Shown here: piece by piece, positions 6,587 through 7,608 of the stretch | How positions within the stretch are numbered: position 1 is the stretch's first letter | Layout of the letters: each line of letters starts with the position of its first letter | NCBI GenBank assembly: GCA_964426185.1 | Contig: CAYRPF010000007.1 | Coordinates: forward strand, 40,807-48,414 | Length of the DNA: 7,608 nt | Direction of reading: 5' to 3' | Origin: an uncultured archaeon | GTDB lineage: Archaea; Asgardarchaeota; Lokiarchaeia; Sigyniarchaeales; Promethearchaeaceae | Made by a program: the position numbers and the translations under genes | The notes under the pieces: model-generated | The model's database searches: none | Told to the model about the DNA's origin: nothing | What the model saw: the letters and a program-made list of their open reading frames with translations, nothing else

Positions 6587-7608
6587 ATGATTGTTATGAA
6601 AAGAAGTGAAATATTTAAAGGAGGAAGTGCCTTTGTAGTTCTTATAATTTTGTTAGAAGTGTTTTCATTTCCACTTATGGGATTTCCTCCCTTAGGCTCT
6701 CTTTTTTTCCCGGGAAATAGTGTCTGGGAAAATCAAATTGATTTAGAAGCAAAGTCGATTATCGAGGAATCTTCCCTAACTCATTCAGTTACTGTTTATC
6801 GTGACCAATATGGGATACCACACATCTTTGGAAAGAAGGAAAGTGATGTCATTTTTGCTTTGGGATATACAATGGCCCAAGATCGCCTTTTTATGATGGA
6901 AATGGCCCGTTCAATTACTCGAGGAAATATGAGCTCTTTACTTGGCTCCAATATGATTGAAGTAGATAAATATAACTTAGCCATGCTCAAAGATTATTAT
7001 TCAGTAAAAACGTACCAAGCTTTGGTCAAGGGAGCTCAAACCGATCCTGAATTAGCCACCATTCTAATGCAGCTGGAGCGGTTCTGTGATGGAGTAAACT
7101 ATTTTATCGAACATACCACTCTATTACCGTTAGAATTCCAACTTTTAGAGATTTCCATGCAGCCTTGGACTGTGGTTGATACTTTATGCATGGCCAAGTA
7201 TATGGCAGAAGATTTAACGTGGAGTATAGAGGATTTATACCATTATGAATTTCTGCAGAAAATCGGAATTGAAGCATATAACTTCTTTTTAGCTCACCCT
7301 AGACCCTATCAAATCCCAATATGTCCGAATTACGGAAATTACAGCGATTTTACTTTTGAACATCTCAATTATACATTTAGTTCAGAAGGTTCGAAGGGTT
7401 CTCCCGCTTCAAATAATGAGGTAATAAGTATGATAAGTATGGAAATGAGGCTTCTCTATAAAAAACTCTCTCAGTTTCCACAAGAACAACAACGTGAAGA
7501 ACTTGGTTCAATTTTAGGCTCTAATAATTGGGTGGTAGACGGAAATTTAACGGCTTCCGGCCGTCCGATCATCTGCAATGATATGCATTTGGGATGGAAC
7601 TTACCAGG
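6587..7608 (+). CDS. Penicillin acylase family protein (Ntn-hydrolase, peptidase S45), 5' part; truncated by the window edge
   Basis: Manual translation from ATG 6587 (alternative ATG 6596) is open to the window end: MIVMKRSEIFKGGSAFVVLIILLEVFSFPL... VTVYRDQYGIPHIFG..ESDVIFALGY..AQDRLF.ME..R....G..S.LLG... F.DGVN.FI.....LPLEF.LL.....PWT..D... GSNNWVVDG..TASG.PII.NDMHL. The GSNNW autocleavage motif places the nucleophile Ser312 at 7520-7522. Confidence 0.95.
   Translation, partial: MIVMKRSEIFKGGSAFVVLIILLEVFSFPLMGFPPLGSLFFPGNSVWENQIDLEAKSIIEESSLTHSVTVYRDQYGIPHIFGKKESDVIFALGYTMAQDRLFMMEMARSITRGNMSSLLGSNMIEVDKYNLAMLKDYYSVKTYQALVKGAQTDPELATILMQLERFCDGVNYFIEHTTLLPLEFQLLEISMQPWTVVDTLCMAKYMAEDLTWSIEDLYHYEFLQKIGIEAYNFFLAHPRPYQIPICPNYGNYSDFTFEHLNYTFSSEGSKGSPASNNEVISMISMEMRLLYKKLSQFPQEQQREELGSILGSNNWVVDGNLTASGRPIICNDMHLGWNLP

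Noticed and set aside
6796-6990. 64-aa minus ORF
   Set aside because: Antisense to the conserved acylase N-terminal motifs.
1-7608. CRISPR array, tRNA, rRNA or IS element
   Set aside because: No regularly spaced repeats, cloverleaf, rRNA-like segment or transposase/integrase ORF was seen.

Overview
AT-rich prokaryotic window with archaeal-style signals (BRE/TATA-like boxes, oligo-T tracts after genes, no GC-rich terminator hairpins). An Asgard/Lokiarchaeia-like origin is my unverified impression. Content in order: (1) a start-less, probably decayed fragment resembling a solute-binding (PBP2-type) domain running off the left edge on the minus strand; (2) a 433-aa orphan protein with a two-helix membrane hairpin and a C-terminal Cys4 zinc ribbon; (3) a divergent cassette encoding a 4x[4Fe-4S] ferredoxin-like protein, a 723-aa tungstopterin aldehyde:ferredoxin oxidoreductase (AOR/WOR family) with atypical motifs, and a ThiS/MoaD-like sulfur carrier; (4) a convergent, internally duplicated Lrp/AsnC-like regulator; (5) a 935-bp non-coding gap with candidate back-to-back promoters, a hairpin and palindromes; (6) a membrane-anchored penicillin-acylase-family Ntn-hydrolase that is absent from the ORF track because it runs off the right edge. 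No rRNA, tRNA, CRISPR array or intact mobile element was seen. No new system is demonstrable from sequence alone. The best leads are the orphan membrane Zn protein, the atypical two-subunit WOR cassette, a recurring 16-bp palindrome and a candidate small RNA.
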